A DNA stretch of 64,000 bases from a virus: positions 196,161-260,160 of IMG/VR virus record IMGVR_UViG_3300029374_000001; one strand, given 5' to 3'. Both the position numbers and the translations under genes were made by a program. Below, piece by piece: positions 45,843 to 54,864 of this stretch (its first letter is position 1; the number at the start of each line of letters is the position of its first letter). Under the pieces are notes generated by a model. The model ran no database searches. It was given only the letters and a program-made list of their open reading frames with translations, and had not been told where the DNA came from.

Positions 45843-45871
45843 TATATAAATAAAAAGAACTTAGATTACAA
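45843..45871 (-). promoter_or_regulatory. Conserved promoter TTGTAA-N17-TATATA, copy d.
   Basis: On the minus strand it reads TTGTAATCTAAGTTCTTTTTATTTATATA. Across about 60 nt it is identical to copy a apart from 1-2 mismatches. Confidence 0.55.
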
Positions 45872-45877
45872 AAAAGA

Positions 45878-45903
45878 ATCAGAGACTCTTATGAGTCTCT
45901 GAT
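45878..45903. repeat. Palindromic hairpin atcagagactcTTATgagtctctgat, copy 3 (1-nt variant).
   Basis: The arms are identical to those of the hairpins at 40040 and 40757. Confidence 0.65.
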
Positions 45904-46232
45904 ATATAATTATATACACTTAAACATTATAATAATCATAGCATTATCCGCTATGTATAAGATATCCCATCAGGGTTGAAGTCATACAGTTTTTGCTTCT
46001 ATTTGGTAACGCATCTTTCTTATACCGTACAGGACTTTATCCAAAATCATATCTTGCTGATGGCACGATCTTATATACTTGTCTGTAGATGCATATACAG
46101 ATGAGTCTTAATTAGAGAAGGATGATAACTCTATATACACTCTTCCACTTATACTATTATTGGCTCTGTTATATACAAATTTGAGAGTTATAGATTTGGC
46201 TATTATCTTTCTCTTACTTAAGCAAAAGAATT

Positions 46233-46258
46233 CCCATAGACTCATATGAGTCTATGGG
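46233..46258. terminator. Palindromic hairpin cccatagactcATATGagtctatggg.
   Basis: It has 10-bp arms and a CATATG centre. It lies in the 450-nt noncoding region downstream of the vWA gene. Confidence 0.45.
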
Positions 46259-46357
46259 ATATATTGTCATACAAGGTGTTCTCAGAGAGTGCAACTATTA
46301 TAAAACTCTCTGAGAACTATCGTTATGGGGTTCCGCGCCCTACTATAATGTTAGAAC

Positions 46358-47941
46358 TTACTTGTTCTGTTCAGTAAACATAAGATCAATCTGTGGATAC
46401 ATTGGATCTAAGATCTTAATTAATGCTTTATATGGATCTAGTTCTTCTGTTAATATCATTTCTACAATTGTTTTAGAAAAGCCAGATACAAGCACCAAAC
46501 CATTGGAATTACGTGTCATTGGGATGGTACCAGTACGAGAATTGACGTTCCAGAAGATAAGCCGTGGTATAGTATAGCCATGTGCTTTATAACGCTCAGA
46601 AATCATATCAAACAATGCTTGATCTGTAGAACCATCCATAGCCATATCAAATTCCATATCTGATATAATAATCAGATTCTTTGGAAGATCTTCTTGAGAT
46701 AGATTATTATTAATTGCAGTATTCAATACTAAATTAAATACAGATTCAATATCCGTATTGGAGCAATCATCATAGTGAGCCAGAGCAATCAGTTTATCAT
46801 ATAAAGTATGATACATATTCAGATCTACAATATACGGTCTCATGCTAAATGAAATAAACTTATTCTTAAACGCTTTGGATTTAATATGCTCTGCGCAATA
46901 CAATGTAATAGAATCTGCTACATTTTGTGCGGTCAATGAATCATTAATAGCGCATCTCATACTACCAGATCCATCTCGAATAACCAATGTGTCTTCTAAT
47001 AAAGATCCAGGAGGAGTCTGATGCTTCCAAAGTTCTTCTAATGTATCATCTTTTTCAGCAAATCCGCCATTCCAGTATTTACGTACAATATCATACAAGA
47101 AGAGACTATTGGCATTGATCTTGGCTTTACCTTGTTTTAAATCTTCTAAATATTGTCTTCTTCTATTTTCATCATGACGTAAGAAAGCACCATTGTATAT
47201 CAAATTAGCTTTAGATGGTACATGTTCATAATTGATATTGTACCATTGGTTATCAGACATTTTAACTTCCAATACATCGAGATACTTTCTTAATTGAGAC
47301 AAGAGTTTTCTATATTGTTTATCTGTATACTTACAGAAGCTTGGTAAAGCTTTCTTCAATTCTCTTGCTCTTTTACGAGTATACACAGAAGATGTATTCA
47401 TAGAAGGAATCCATTTAGCCAACAAACTAATTGGTTTATTTTCCTTCATATTTTTAATATCTATTTTTAACTGTGAATTAATGGTTAATTTGCATAAAGT
47501 TTTGACTTTACTATTGGATGTGGTAAAATAAAGATCAATTATATCATCCCACCTACCAATATCTTGAATAATCATAGATAAGAGTATATTCATGGTTGCA
47601 TCCGGATCTATATCGGACAGATGTGCTAATAAACAACGGAAAGCATCTCTTTCTCCTAGTCCATGTTTGATATCTCTTAAATATAATAACCATTTGATCG
47701 TTCTAATTTTATCTTCATGATAAGATAAATCAAATTGTATACACATTGATTTGAGCGTATTATAATCGATTTGATCATTATTGTAATTTTTAATTTGCTT
47801 TCTAAATTCAGAGAATGCCCTTCTCAACATAGGTACAGAGAAATTTAAATCAACTAATGCATGACCAGTACTTTCATAACCAATAGCACCATTCTCTGTT
47901 TTTGTGAGCACATTGGCTCTCATCATGTTCATAAAATCCAT
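46358..47941 (-). CDS. Protein containing a vWA domain with a MIDAS motif and a TROVE/DUF2828-like N-terminal region (Ro60-like?); 527 aa.
   Basis: The MIDAS motif is VIRDGSGSMRC (DxSxS). The N-terminus TENGAIGYESTGHALVDLNF resembles the TROVE/DUF2828 family. Confidence 0.45.
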   Translation of the reverse strand: MDFMNMMRANVLTKTENGAIGYESTGHALVDLNFSVPMLRRAFSEFRKQIKNYNNDQIDYNTLKSMCIQFDLSYHEDKIRTIKWLLYLRDIKHGLGERDAFRCLLAHLSDIDPDATMNILLSMIIQDIGRWDDIIDLYFTTSNSKVKTLCKLTINSQLKIDIKNMKENKPISLLAKWIPSMNTSSVYTRKRARELKKALPSFCKYTDKQYRKLLSQLRKYLDVLEVKMSDNQWYNINYEHVPSKANLIYNGAFLRHDENRRRQYLEDLKQGKAKINANSLFLYDIVRKYWNGGFAEKDDTLEELWKHQTPPGSLLEDTLVIRDGSGSMRCAINDSLTAQNVADSITLYCAEHIKSKAFKNKFISFSMRPYIVDLNMYHTLYDKLIALAHYDDCSNTDIESVFNLVLNTAINNNLSQEDLPKNLIIISDMEFDMAMDGSTDQALFDMISERYKAHGYTIPRLIFWNVNSRTGTIPMTRNSNGLVLVSGFSKTIVEMILTEELDPYKALIKILDPMYPQIDLMFTEQNK

Positions 47942-47995
47942 TTTTATTACCTCCTAAGTGTCTCTACACACCTAATAAAAAATAAAAATATATGA

Positions 47996-48232
47996 TTATT
48001 GTATAATACGAGATCTATGTAAAAATTGGAAGAAATGTTCTACATCTAATCTGGATGCGATATTGTATATTTTAGAATTTACAAGCTGTTTACTTTTATC
48101 TGAACTGATATAGTAAACACCGATACATATATTATACTTATTTTTATAAATCCAATAGGATGTATTGTCTACATCAAAATGATATGTTTTTCCATCTACC
48201 AATCCATTGAGTATATCTTCTTTAGTCATCAT
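47996..48232 (-). CDS. Hypothetical protein, 78 aa.
   Basis: ORF only. Confidence 0.45.
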   Translation of the reverse strand: MMTKEDILNGLVDGKTYHFDVDNTSYWIYKNKYNICIGVYYISSDKSKQLVNSKIYNIASRLDVEHFFQFLHRSRIIQ

Positions 48233-48624
48233 ATCACACCCATATAGAATAAAGAATCATCTAAACCAATAATGGTTTAGATCGAATTATACAATAAAAA
48301 ATAAAATAAAATCATAGAACTCATTCCTAAGATCCAAATTTATTACAAGACCCTATCTAGGTCTTAGGAATTGTTGAGTTCTTGACTCAGCTATCAGACT
48401 CCTAAAGATTGCGCTATCTTAAGGGAAATAGACGCTGAAACGCTTCAAGGCGTATGTTCGTTTTGTAAGTTTTGGTTTGCTGTGTGGGCCTTTTTAAGAG
48501 ACCGTACCTCTACAGTACGGCGTGTGTAGAGAAACTAGACGCATCTATATCCAATTTATAGTGAGTAAAATTGCTGTAAGCGCCTACGAACTTCTCTATC
48601 ATCAATATACTGTTATAGAATTAA

Positions 48625-49689
48625 TTAAATATTACAAACAATCTCATCAATTCTGTCTTTAGATACTCCAAAATCCTTTTCACCTTTATAATTGTTTCTA
48701 TGAATATAGATAGGAATATTTAAGACCAATAGTTTCTGAATATAATGAGACAATTCTTCATTGCTTACATCTTTGTCCGGATAATAATGAATTTCTATAT
48801 TTTCCAATCCATAAGATTCTATTAACGTTCGAACTACGTTAAAGTACCCTTTGCCATTAGAAGCAATATAAATATTATTTTGTCTATTCTGATTTCTTAA
48901 ATGATAAAAGATCGATAATATATCAAAGCATCCTTCTGCTACATGAACTTTAATTGGATCTTTAGACAATACATCAATCTGTGTAGGAATACAATAATTG
49001 CGAATATGCTTCAGATTCTTATTAAACAATTCATAATTATAATATCGAGACTTAATATATGACTTAGACTCTTCTGTATTTCTCATAATTAAATAAGAGT
49101 TGTCCAGAGATAGAAAGCCTACAAAATATGTATGAATATCTTCTACAATTCCTGGTAAAGCAGTAGAGGATAGTTGATTCATTTGTAATAATTCTTTTAA
49201 ATTGAATACAATCTTATTCTTCTGTGCTTCTTCTATAGACATAGACAAACCTAAACGTTGGTTGATATAATCTAATTTCTTTTTGGCTAATTCTATATCT
49301 AATATCTGATAATTATAGTTGACAGATCTGGATATCTTATGATAGCCTATTCTCATCTTAGAGAAATTTACTTTTCCGGTAATAGATTCTGCAATAATCT
49401 GTAAGTCTTCTATATCTTTCTGTGTAATCTTTTGGTCTGGGATAATAGTCCGAATAATATCTGGAGTAAATAATCCTTTAGCCTCACATTTAAAGCAATG
49501 ATATAATGGGGCTTCTGTTTCTGAGCCTAACTTAATATAGAAATGAGCTTTATGAGAGGCACTGCTGTCTCCACAGAATGGACAACGTATAATAGCTTCT
49601 CCATTTCTAATAGTCATCTCATCTTTAAAATGTCTTTCTAATAATGACTGCAATACATAGGTTGCTTGGTCTTTCATATCTCTGTTCAC
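48625..49689 (-). CDS. DNA primase, DnaG-like, with a zinc-binding domain and a TOPRIM domain; 354 aa.
   Basis: The zinc finger CPFCGDSSASHKAHFYIKLGSETEAPLYHCFKCEAKG matches the DnaG Zn-finger pattern CPFH...YHCFGCG. The TOPRIM motif VAEGCFDILS is present. Confidence 0.85.
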   Translation of the reverse strand: MNRDMKDQATYVLQSLLERHFKDEMTIRNGEAIIRCPFCGDSSASHKAHFYIKLGSETEAPLYHCFKCEAKGLFTPDIIRTIIPDQKITQKDIEDLQIIAESITGKVNFSKMRIGYHKISRSVNYNYQILDIELAKKKLDYINQRLGLSMSIEEAQKNKIVFNLKELLQMNQLSSTALPGIVEDIHTYFVGFLSLDNSYLIMRNTEESKSYIKSRYYNYELFNKNLKHIRNYCIPTQIDVLSKDPIKVHVAEGCFDILSIFYHLRNQNRQNNIYIASNGKGYFNVVRTLIESYGLENIEIHYYPDKDVSNEELSHYIQKLLVLNIPIYIHRNNYKGEKDFGVSKDRIDEIVCNI

Positions 49690-49739
49690 CTCCTAACTAT
49701 AAAAAATATATGGTAGAGCGATATCGCTCTACCATATTG

Positions 49740-51365
49740 TCAGATCATCATTACATATTGAAGAACTTCTTCACATAGTTTTTCTGGTAATGGTTGTATC
49801 GGAATTACCTGTCCGTGTTCTTCTCTGTTTCTATAATTGATATAAGTAAACTTAGAAGATAATATCTTAGAGATTAAAGCAAATATTCCTTCATCTTGAA
49901 TCTTCTTATTACCATATTTAGCAACAACTTTTGGATAAGATTCAGATATCCCAATACGCTGGGTAATCTTTCGATTGACATTCTTTCTACTAACCAATCG
50001 TTCGACTTTTCCAGCAATAATATAAGGAAGCAACGATTGACCATTGCTGAGCAGCATCTTCTTAACTGCCAGCATACAAATAACATAATCTCTATTAGAA
50101 ATCATTCTAGCTGCTTGAATATCTTTGAATTCTTTAAAGAATGGATACATCACCAAGTTAAATTGAAACTGGTTCTTAATTGGCTTTCCTTCTTTAGATA
50201 ATTCATGCATATAGAATACAATCTCTCCTTCATCAAAAGGACCATACTTTCGTTTAATCGTTTCCATTGTATGTCTGCAATTGACGTTGGATTGTATAAC
50301 CATAGATTCATCAATCTTAGCAATATGTGCTTCAAACTTATCCGCTTCACTATTGTTATCTTCATCTCTTTCTGAAGATGATACGGATGCCATCTGGAAT
50401 TCATAAGGTGCATCAACAACCTTATATTTAACTTCTCTTCCTATAGCATCATAGTTAAAACAAACAATGTTTTTATTGAATGTATATTTTGGGAAAACTT
50501 GGATAATCAAATCTTCTATCGTATTCATAGAATGAGAGGTTGGATTACGACCTCTGATATCCTGCATATCCCATAATACTTTATTGCTATTGACAGACTT
50601 CTGTACGTTTGTCATTGTGGTCTCGTACAATTTAGCAATAATGTCTATATTATAAACTCTCTTGATTTCCTGCATGATATAATCATAGCAAGTCAGCAAG
50701 ATATTTTTGATTTCGATATTATCATACCGTTTAGACCATACGAAATGCATAATCAATGGAATAATACAATTTTGAATAAATGAGATTTCCATTAAGATCT
50801 CAGCATGTTCATCTGTATATTCCAAACAAGGATTCTTAGTATTGGAATAAGATAAATGAACCATATAGTTATCTTTTACCAATTTACGAATATTGGCATG
50901 TAGTGTTGGATTGGCATGTTCATCATAAGAGATAATAAACCGAATCAGATCATTAATAAAATTCTGTTCGGTGTATGTATCTTCCATATAATCGATGAAG
51001 TACTTAATCTGTCCATAGATACCCACTAATTCATGGTTCGTATCATAGAATTTTTCAAAATAATTTAAATATTGTGTACAATGATTTCTAAACCCTACGA
51101 CCACTTTACCATTCTTAATTTGTGTTTTAGAGTTGTATCCTCTTTTAGCACTCATCATAAAAAATGACATTAATGATCCAGGTTCATTTCCATAAGCAAT
51201 CGCACATTCGTTACATTGAATGGCATTACCAATAATTTTAAATATCTCCTCCTCTTCAGATTGAGGCATCCAATCATCAATTGGGATTATGCCTCTTTTT
51301 ATGACTTCCTCAACAAATTCGTTTTCGTTCGGCATCAATTTTCCTCCTTTTGAAAATAGATACAC
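49740..51365 (-). CDS. Hypothetical protein, 541 aa.
   Basis: It is a long ORF with no recognisable catalytic motifs. Confidence 0.5.
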   Translation of the reverse strand: MYLFSKGGKLMPNENEFVEEVIKRGIIPIDDWMPQSEEEEIFKIIGNAIQCNECAIAYGNEPGSLMSFFMMSAKRGYNSKTQIKNGKVVVGFRNHCTQYLNYFEKFYDTNHELVGIYGQIKYFIDYMEDTYTEQNFINDLIRFIISYDEHANPTLHANIRKLVKDNYMVHLSYSNTKNPCLEYTDEHAEILMEISFIQNCIIPLIMHFVWSKRYDNIEIKNILLTCYDYIMQEIKRVYNIDIIAKLYETTMTNVQKSVNSNKVLWDMQDIRGRNPTSHSMNTIEDLIIQVFPKYTFNKNIVCFNYDAIGREVKYKVVDAPYEFQMASVSSSERDEDNNSEADKFEAHIAKIDESMVIQSNVNCRHTMETIKRKYGPFDEGEIVFYMHELSKEGKPIKNQFQFNLVMYPFFKEFKDIQAARMISNRDYVICMLAVKKMLLSNGQSLLPYIIAGKVERLVSRKNVNRKITQRIGISESYPKVVAKYGNKKIQDEGIFALISKILSSKFTYINYRNREEHGQVIPIQPLPEKLCEEVLQYVMMI

Positions 51366-51397
51366 TTAACTCTCGTCTATATAATATACATTTAAAT

Positions 51398-52201
51398 TTA
51401 TTTTTTGCGTCCAATGCGTTTTATAACAGAGGCGGTTCTGACAGATTTAATAGCAGATTTGATTCTTCCAACTTTAGATGCTTTAGCCGCTGTCTTAACG
51501 ATCTTTACATTATCAGAAGCATACCCTGTTAAATCTTTAACAATCGCTTTGTCTTGCCTCTCCTGCTCTTTGATCTTCTTTTGGATCTCTTTAACTCGTT
51601 TGATATCCCCCAATTTGGTTTCAGAGTCCGCAATCATTTTCAAGACATTGGCTTTGTTTAGTGGTTTAGCAGTCTTCCAAGCTTCTTCAGCAAAAAACAA
51701 TCTTCTCAGTTTCATGAAGTAATAAGCAAAGTACAAAGACTTCACATATCCCGTTTGCATTCTAGGATTACGTATAACTGGTTTATCTGTTAATGCTTTT
51801 CTGTTCATTTTCTTTTCTAACCAATCTATGGTTAGTCCAGAATGCTTAAATGTATATGCATAGGTAAAAATAAAAGCTGGATCGTTGGAGAAGAATCTGA
51901 CGTTGTACATATTCAGATTGGATAACATAACATCTGGCTTATCTGTACTGAATTCTATAACGACGTCATAATAAATTCCTTTTGTATTTTCAGAAGGAAC
52001 CATCAGATGAGCATAGTATCGATTAGATTCTCTCGTATCTTTATATAAATAATATGCCATCTCTCCTGCTTCTCTAACCATGACGGTATCGAAGCGTCTT
52101 TTATAATCTGCTTTGATTAACTTCATTTGCGCATTGGTAGATACGCCTTTGATAATTCCCGGGTTGTCTATATAGTTAGAATATGTTGTCTTAATAATCA
52201 T
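51398..52201 (-). CDS. Hypothetical protein with a strongly basic C-terminal tail; 267 aa.
   Basis: The C-terminus is KTAAKASKVGRIKSAIKSVRTASVIKRIGRKK. Confidence 0.5.
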   Translation of the reverse strand: MIIKTTYSNYIDNPGIIKGVSTNAQMKLIKADYKRRFDTVMVREAGEMAYYLYKDTRESNRYYAHLMVPSENTKGIYYDVVIEFSTDKPDVMLSNLNMYNVRFFSNDPAFIFTYAYTFKHSGLTIDWLEKKMNRKALTDKPVIRNPRMQTGYVKSLYFAYYFMKLRRLFFAEEAWKTAKPLNKANVLKMIADSETKLGDIKRVKEIQKKIKEQERQDKAIVKDLTGYASDNVKIVKTAAKASKVGRIKSAIKSVRTASVIKRIGRKK

Positions 52202-52301
52202 AAAAGAATCTCCTATAAAGAAAGAAGGAGGTCTAAGGCTAATAAAAGCCTTAGACCAACATATATGATTATTAGTAAGTTATGTATAAAATCAAAAATG
52301 A

Positions 52302-54122
52302 TTAGTTATCAAAATCATATGTATTAAATGCCGGATCTGGCAAGAGATACTGGTTGGTCTTAAACATCAGTCCAATAATAGTAACAATAGCATCCAGAAT
52401 AACAATATCGGATTGAATAGAAGATAATACTTTTCTATCATATTCTCCTGTTCTTAAATTCAATGGGCAGTTATATTTCAAAGAATCATTAACGATTTCA
52501 TTGAGTCTTGATTCAGATACTGTATTATCCTTGTTGTAAATCAATTGGAACAGGGACTTATAGGCATCCAGTATTAAGCGAATAGCGTCTTTTGTAAGGT
52601 CTTCCGCATAGGGGTACTGACTATAGTCAATAGCGTGCTCTTTACCCATAATTTCCACCATTAACTGGCAGCATGCTTTCAACGCTTCGAAGTTTGCTCC
52701 ATAGCCTACACCATATTCTGCAGCAGATCTACAATTCAATACAGCATCTTCTACCAAGTCTTTCTTAGCATCTCTATCTGTATAAGAAATACCACCAATC
52801 AAGTAGTCAACCATATTACATTCTAATGTCTGAATACGTCTCTTCAGTTTATAGATTTCGGTAACGTCTTTTTTAGTTTCTTCATATTTCTGTAATTCAG
52901 ACTTTAATGATTTAACCAAGTTTTCATACATAGAAGACTTAGATCCATCTTTGTTATACATCATAGCTGGATTGATAATCTTTGTCATCTTAGCATCGGA
53001 GATAACCTGTTCGGCACTACCAGCAAAAGAGTGTACATTCTTCGGAGTAGCAGCAATACCCTTTTCAATATCAATCTTTTGAATATTGGGGTCGATATAT
53101 TTCTTAATTGTCTTAGCTCCAGACAATTTAGCCAAATCATACAGATAATCTAACCGAGTAATATTAGTAACCATAAGCAGTTTAGGTCTCTGTTCCGGCG
53201 GATAGTTTCCAATAGTCTGCAATACCTGGTCTAATTCGGAACGTACATCTTCACTATACTTAGGAGCTAATATAACAGTAGGAACTTCTCCAGGCATACT
53301 AAGAGCGTCTTTCTTACCATCTCTCATTGCTTCATTGCGTGTAGCCAATGGCATAATGATATTTTCTGTAACAATTGTTCCCAGCAGAGCCATCATTTCT
53401 GGCGTATCAATAGGATCTTCAAAGATATAAATCTTAGGATCTCTAATTACACAAGTAGAGTCTTTTGCATTGTTAATAAAGTTTGCATTGAAGTATCCTA
53501 CATCAAAAGTAAATCCATCATAAGATTTCAGAATATTATCTGTGGTATTGGAAATGCCTACATCGATATAGACAGAGTTACCATAGTCTTCATAGATCTT
53601 CTTAATATTCTGGGCAATCTCTTCATCACCATCTGTAGATGTATAAGCAATATTATAGATGTCTTCTAAGGTAACTTTACGTCCATCTTTTTCTATGATT
53701 TCATAGATTCTTTCCGCAACGTTTTCTACTTTCTTCAGAATTTCTTTTTCAGAAACATTGTATTCTTTACAATAATTATTCAATTTATGGAACAGTTTAT
53801 AAGACAGAATAACAGAAGAGGTAGTACCATCTCCTACCGTCTTTACCGTATTTCTGGTTACATTTCTCAGATCATCCACAATAGACATTTCGATGGGTTT
53901 ATTAAACTTAACGGCCCCTAAGATCTTATGCCCATCTTTGGTATAATCTGTACGTCCACTATCTTTCTTATCTACTACAGATCTCATTTCTGTGGTAGAG
54001 CCATCCGGTCCATAAGAGTTCTGTAATACATTAGCAATTGTTGCTAATGTCTCATCTTGCACTTCTCTCAAAATGCTCTTGGAAACCACATTGTTTATTG
54101 CCTTTGCTCTAATTGTGCCCAT
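52302..54122 (-). CDS. GroEL-family (Cpn60) chaperonin homologue, 606 aa.
   Basis: It aligns with GroEL signature blocks. YGPDGSTTE / TKDGHKIL / VGDGTTSSVIL matches LGPKGRNVV / TKDGVSVA / AGDGTTTATVLA. GFTFDVGYFNANFIN matches GMQFDRGYLSPYFIN. LIGG...AEYGVGYGANFEAL matches LAGG...VEEGVVAGGGVAL. Confidence 0.8.
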   Translation of the reverse strand: MGTIRAKAINNVVSKSILREVQDETLATIANVLQNSYGPDGSTTEMRSVVDKKDSGRTDYTKDGHKILGAVKFNKPIEMSIVDDLRNVTRNTVKTVGDGTTSSVILSYKLFHKLNNYCKEYNVSEKEILKKVENVAERIYEIIEKDGRKVTLEDIYNIAYTSTDGDEEIAQNIKKIYEDYGNSVYIDVGISNTTDNILKSYDGFTFDVGYFNANFINNAKDSTCVIRDPKIYIFEDPIDTPEMMALLGTIVTENIIMPLATRNEAMRDGKKDALSMPGEVPTVILAPKYSEDVRSELDQVLQTIGNYPPEQRPKLLMVTNITRLDYLYDLAKLSGAKTIKKYIDPNIQKIDIEKGIAATPKNVHSFAGSAEQVISDAKMTKIINPAMMYNKDGSKSSMYENLVKSLKSELQKYEETKKDVTEIYKLKRRIQTLECNMVDYLIGGISYTDRDAKKDLVEDAVLNCRSAAEYGVGYGANFEALKACCQLMVEIMGKEHAIDYSQYPYAEDLTKDAIRLILDAYKSLFQLIYNKDNTVSESRLNEIVNDSLKYNCPLNLRTGEYDRKVLSSIQSDIVILDAIVTIIGLMFKTNQYLLPDPAFNTYDFDN

Positions 54123-54814
54123 AATAAATCCTCCACTTTTGGTACTGATAAATCCACATATGGATCAATCAGCTTAATAATATTTGTTTCTGCATACAAT
54201 AATACTTCAGGACAAACTTCATATGCCGTATCTGTCTTTTTCATATTATACATTGTATTCAGACTATAAATATGTTTTTTATCTACATGCTGATATGTAG
54301 GAATATCCTGTAGATATTTAATATATAAGCCATCATACATACTCATATCTGTTTCATTCAATCTGGTACGATACTTATTATGACTTAATTTATTGATCTT
54401 GCTAACTTCTTTCTCATTCTTACAGTTGATTGTAATATTGACCAATCCATGACTATCATATGCAGATTGAACAAAAACAGCAATATCTGTAGGTCGTACC
54501 ATATCATAAATTTCTTGTCCATAACTGTTCATCAAATCTTGATAGATTTCATCATAAGAGTTTTTATATTGATCTTTGATAATAATAGACAATGGGTTTC
54601 TTTCTGATCTGAATAATAGCAAGTTTTTTAAACCAGATATGGTTTCTGCTGCTGCAATCTCTGGCCTAATTAATTGATCTTCCTTTAAATGAGTCAAGAC
54701 AAACCCAACAATAGCTAAATCTAAATCCATCAATACTTCAAACTCCATAAGACCGGATGTATTATTTATGCCTATTCCAGTATCTATTGGTTTGAATTGT
54801 GCTGTATTTTCCAT
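54095..54814 (-). CDS. Hypothetical protein, 239 aa.
   Basis: It is an ORF whose 3' end overlaps the chaperonin gene's start by 28 nt. Confidence 0.45.
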   Translation of the reverse strand: MENTAQFKPIDTGIGINNTSGLMEFEVLMDLDLAIVGFVLTHLKEDQLIRPEIAAAETISGLKNLLLFRSERNPLSIIIKDQYKNSYDEIYQDLMNSYGQEIYDMVRPTDIAVFVQSAYDSHGLVNITINCKNEKEVSKINKLSHNKYRTRLNETDMSMYDGLYIKYLQDIPTYQHVDKKHIYSLNTMYNMKKTDTAYEVCPEVLLYAETNIIKLIDPYVDLSVPKVEDLLWAQLEQRQ

Positions 54815-54864
54815 ATATACCTCAAAAAAAAAAGAAGAGACGCGAATCTCTTCTTTATCTTCTA

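Noticed and set aside
45904-46357. Possible tRNA genes in the long intergenic regions (this one, 48233..48624 and 59558..60096).
   Set aside because: I could not find a cloverleaf with a GTTCRANYC T-loop plus matching acceptor stems by eye. The regions are reported only as candidate structured RNA loci for a covariance-model scan.
48551-48580. A T7-promoter-like 10-mer ACTCACTATA on the minus strand.
   Set aside because: Only the core 10 nt match. No single-subunit RNA polymerase gene is evident in the window. A single occurrence in an AT-rich genome is compatible with chance.
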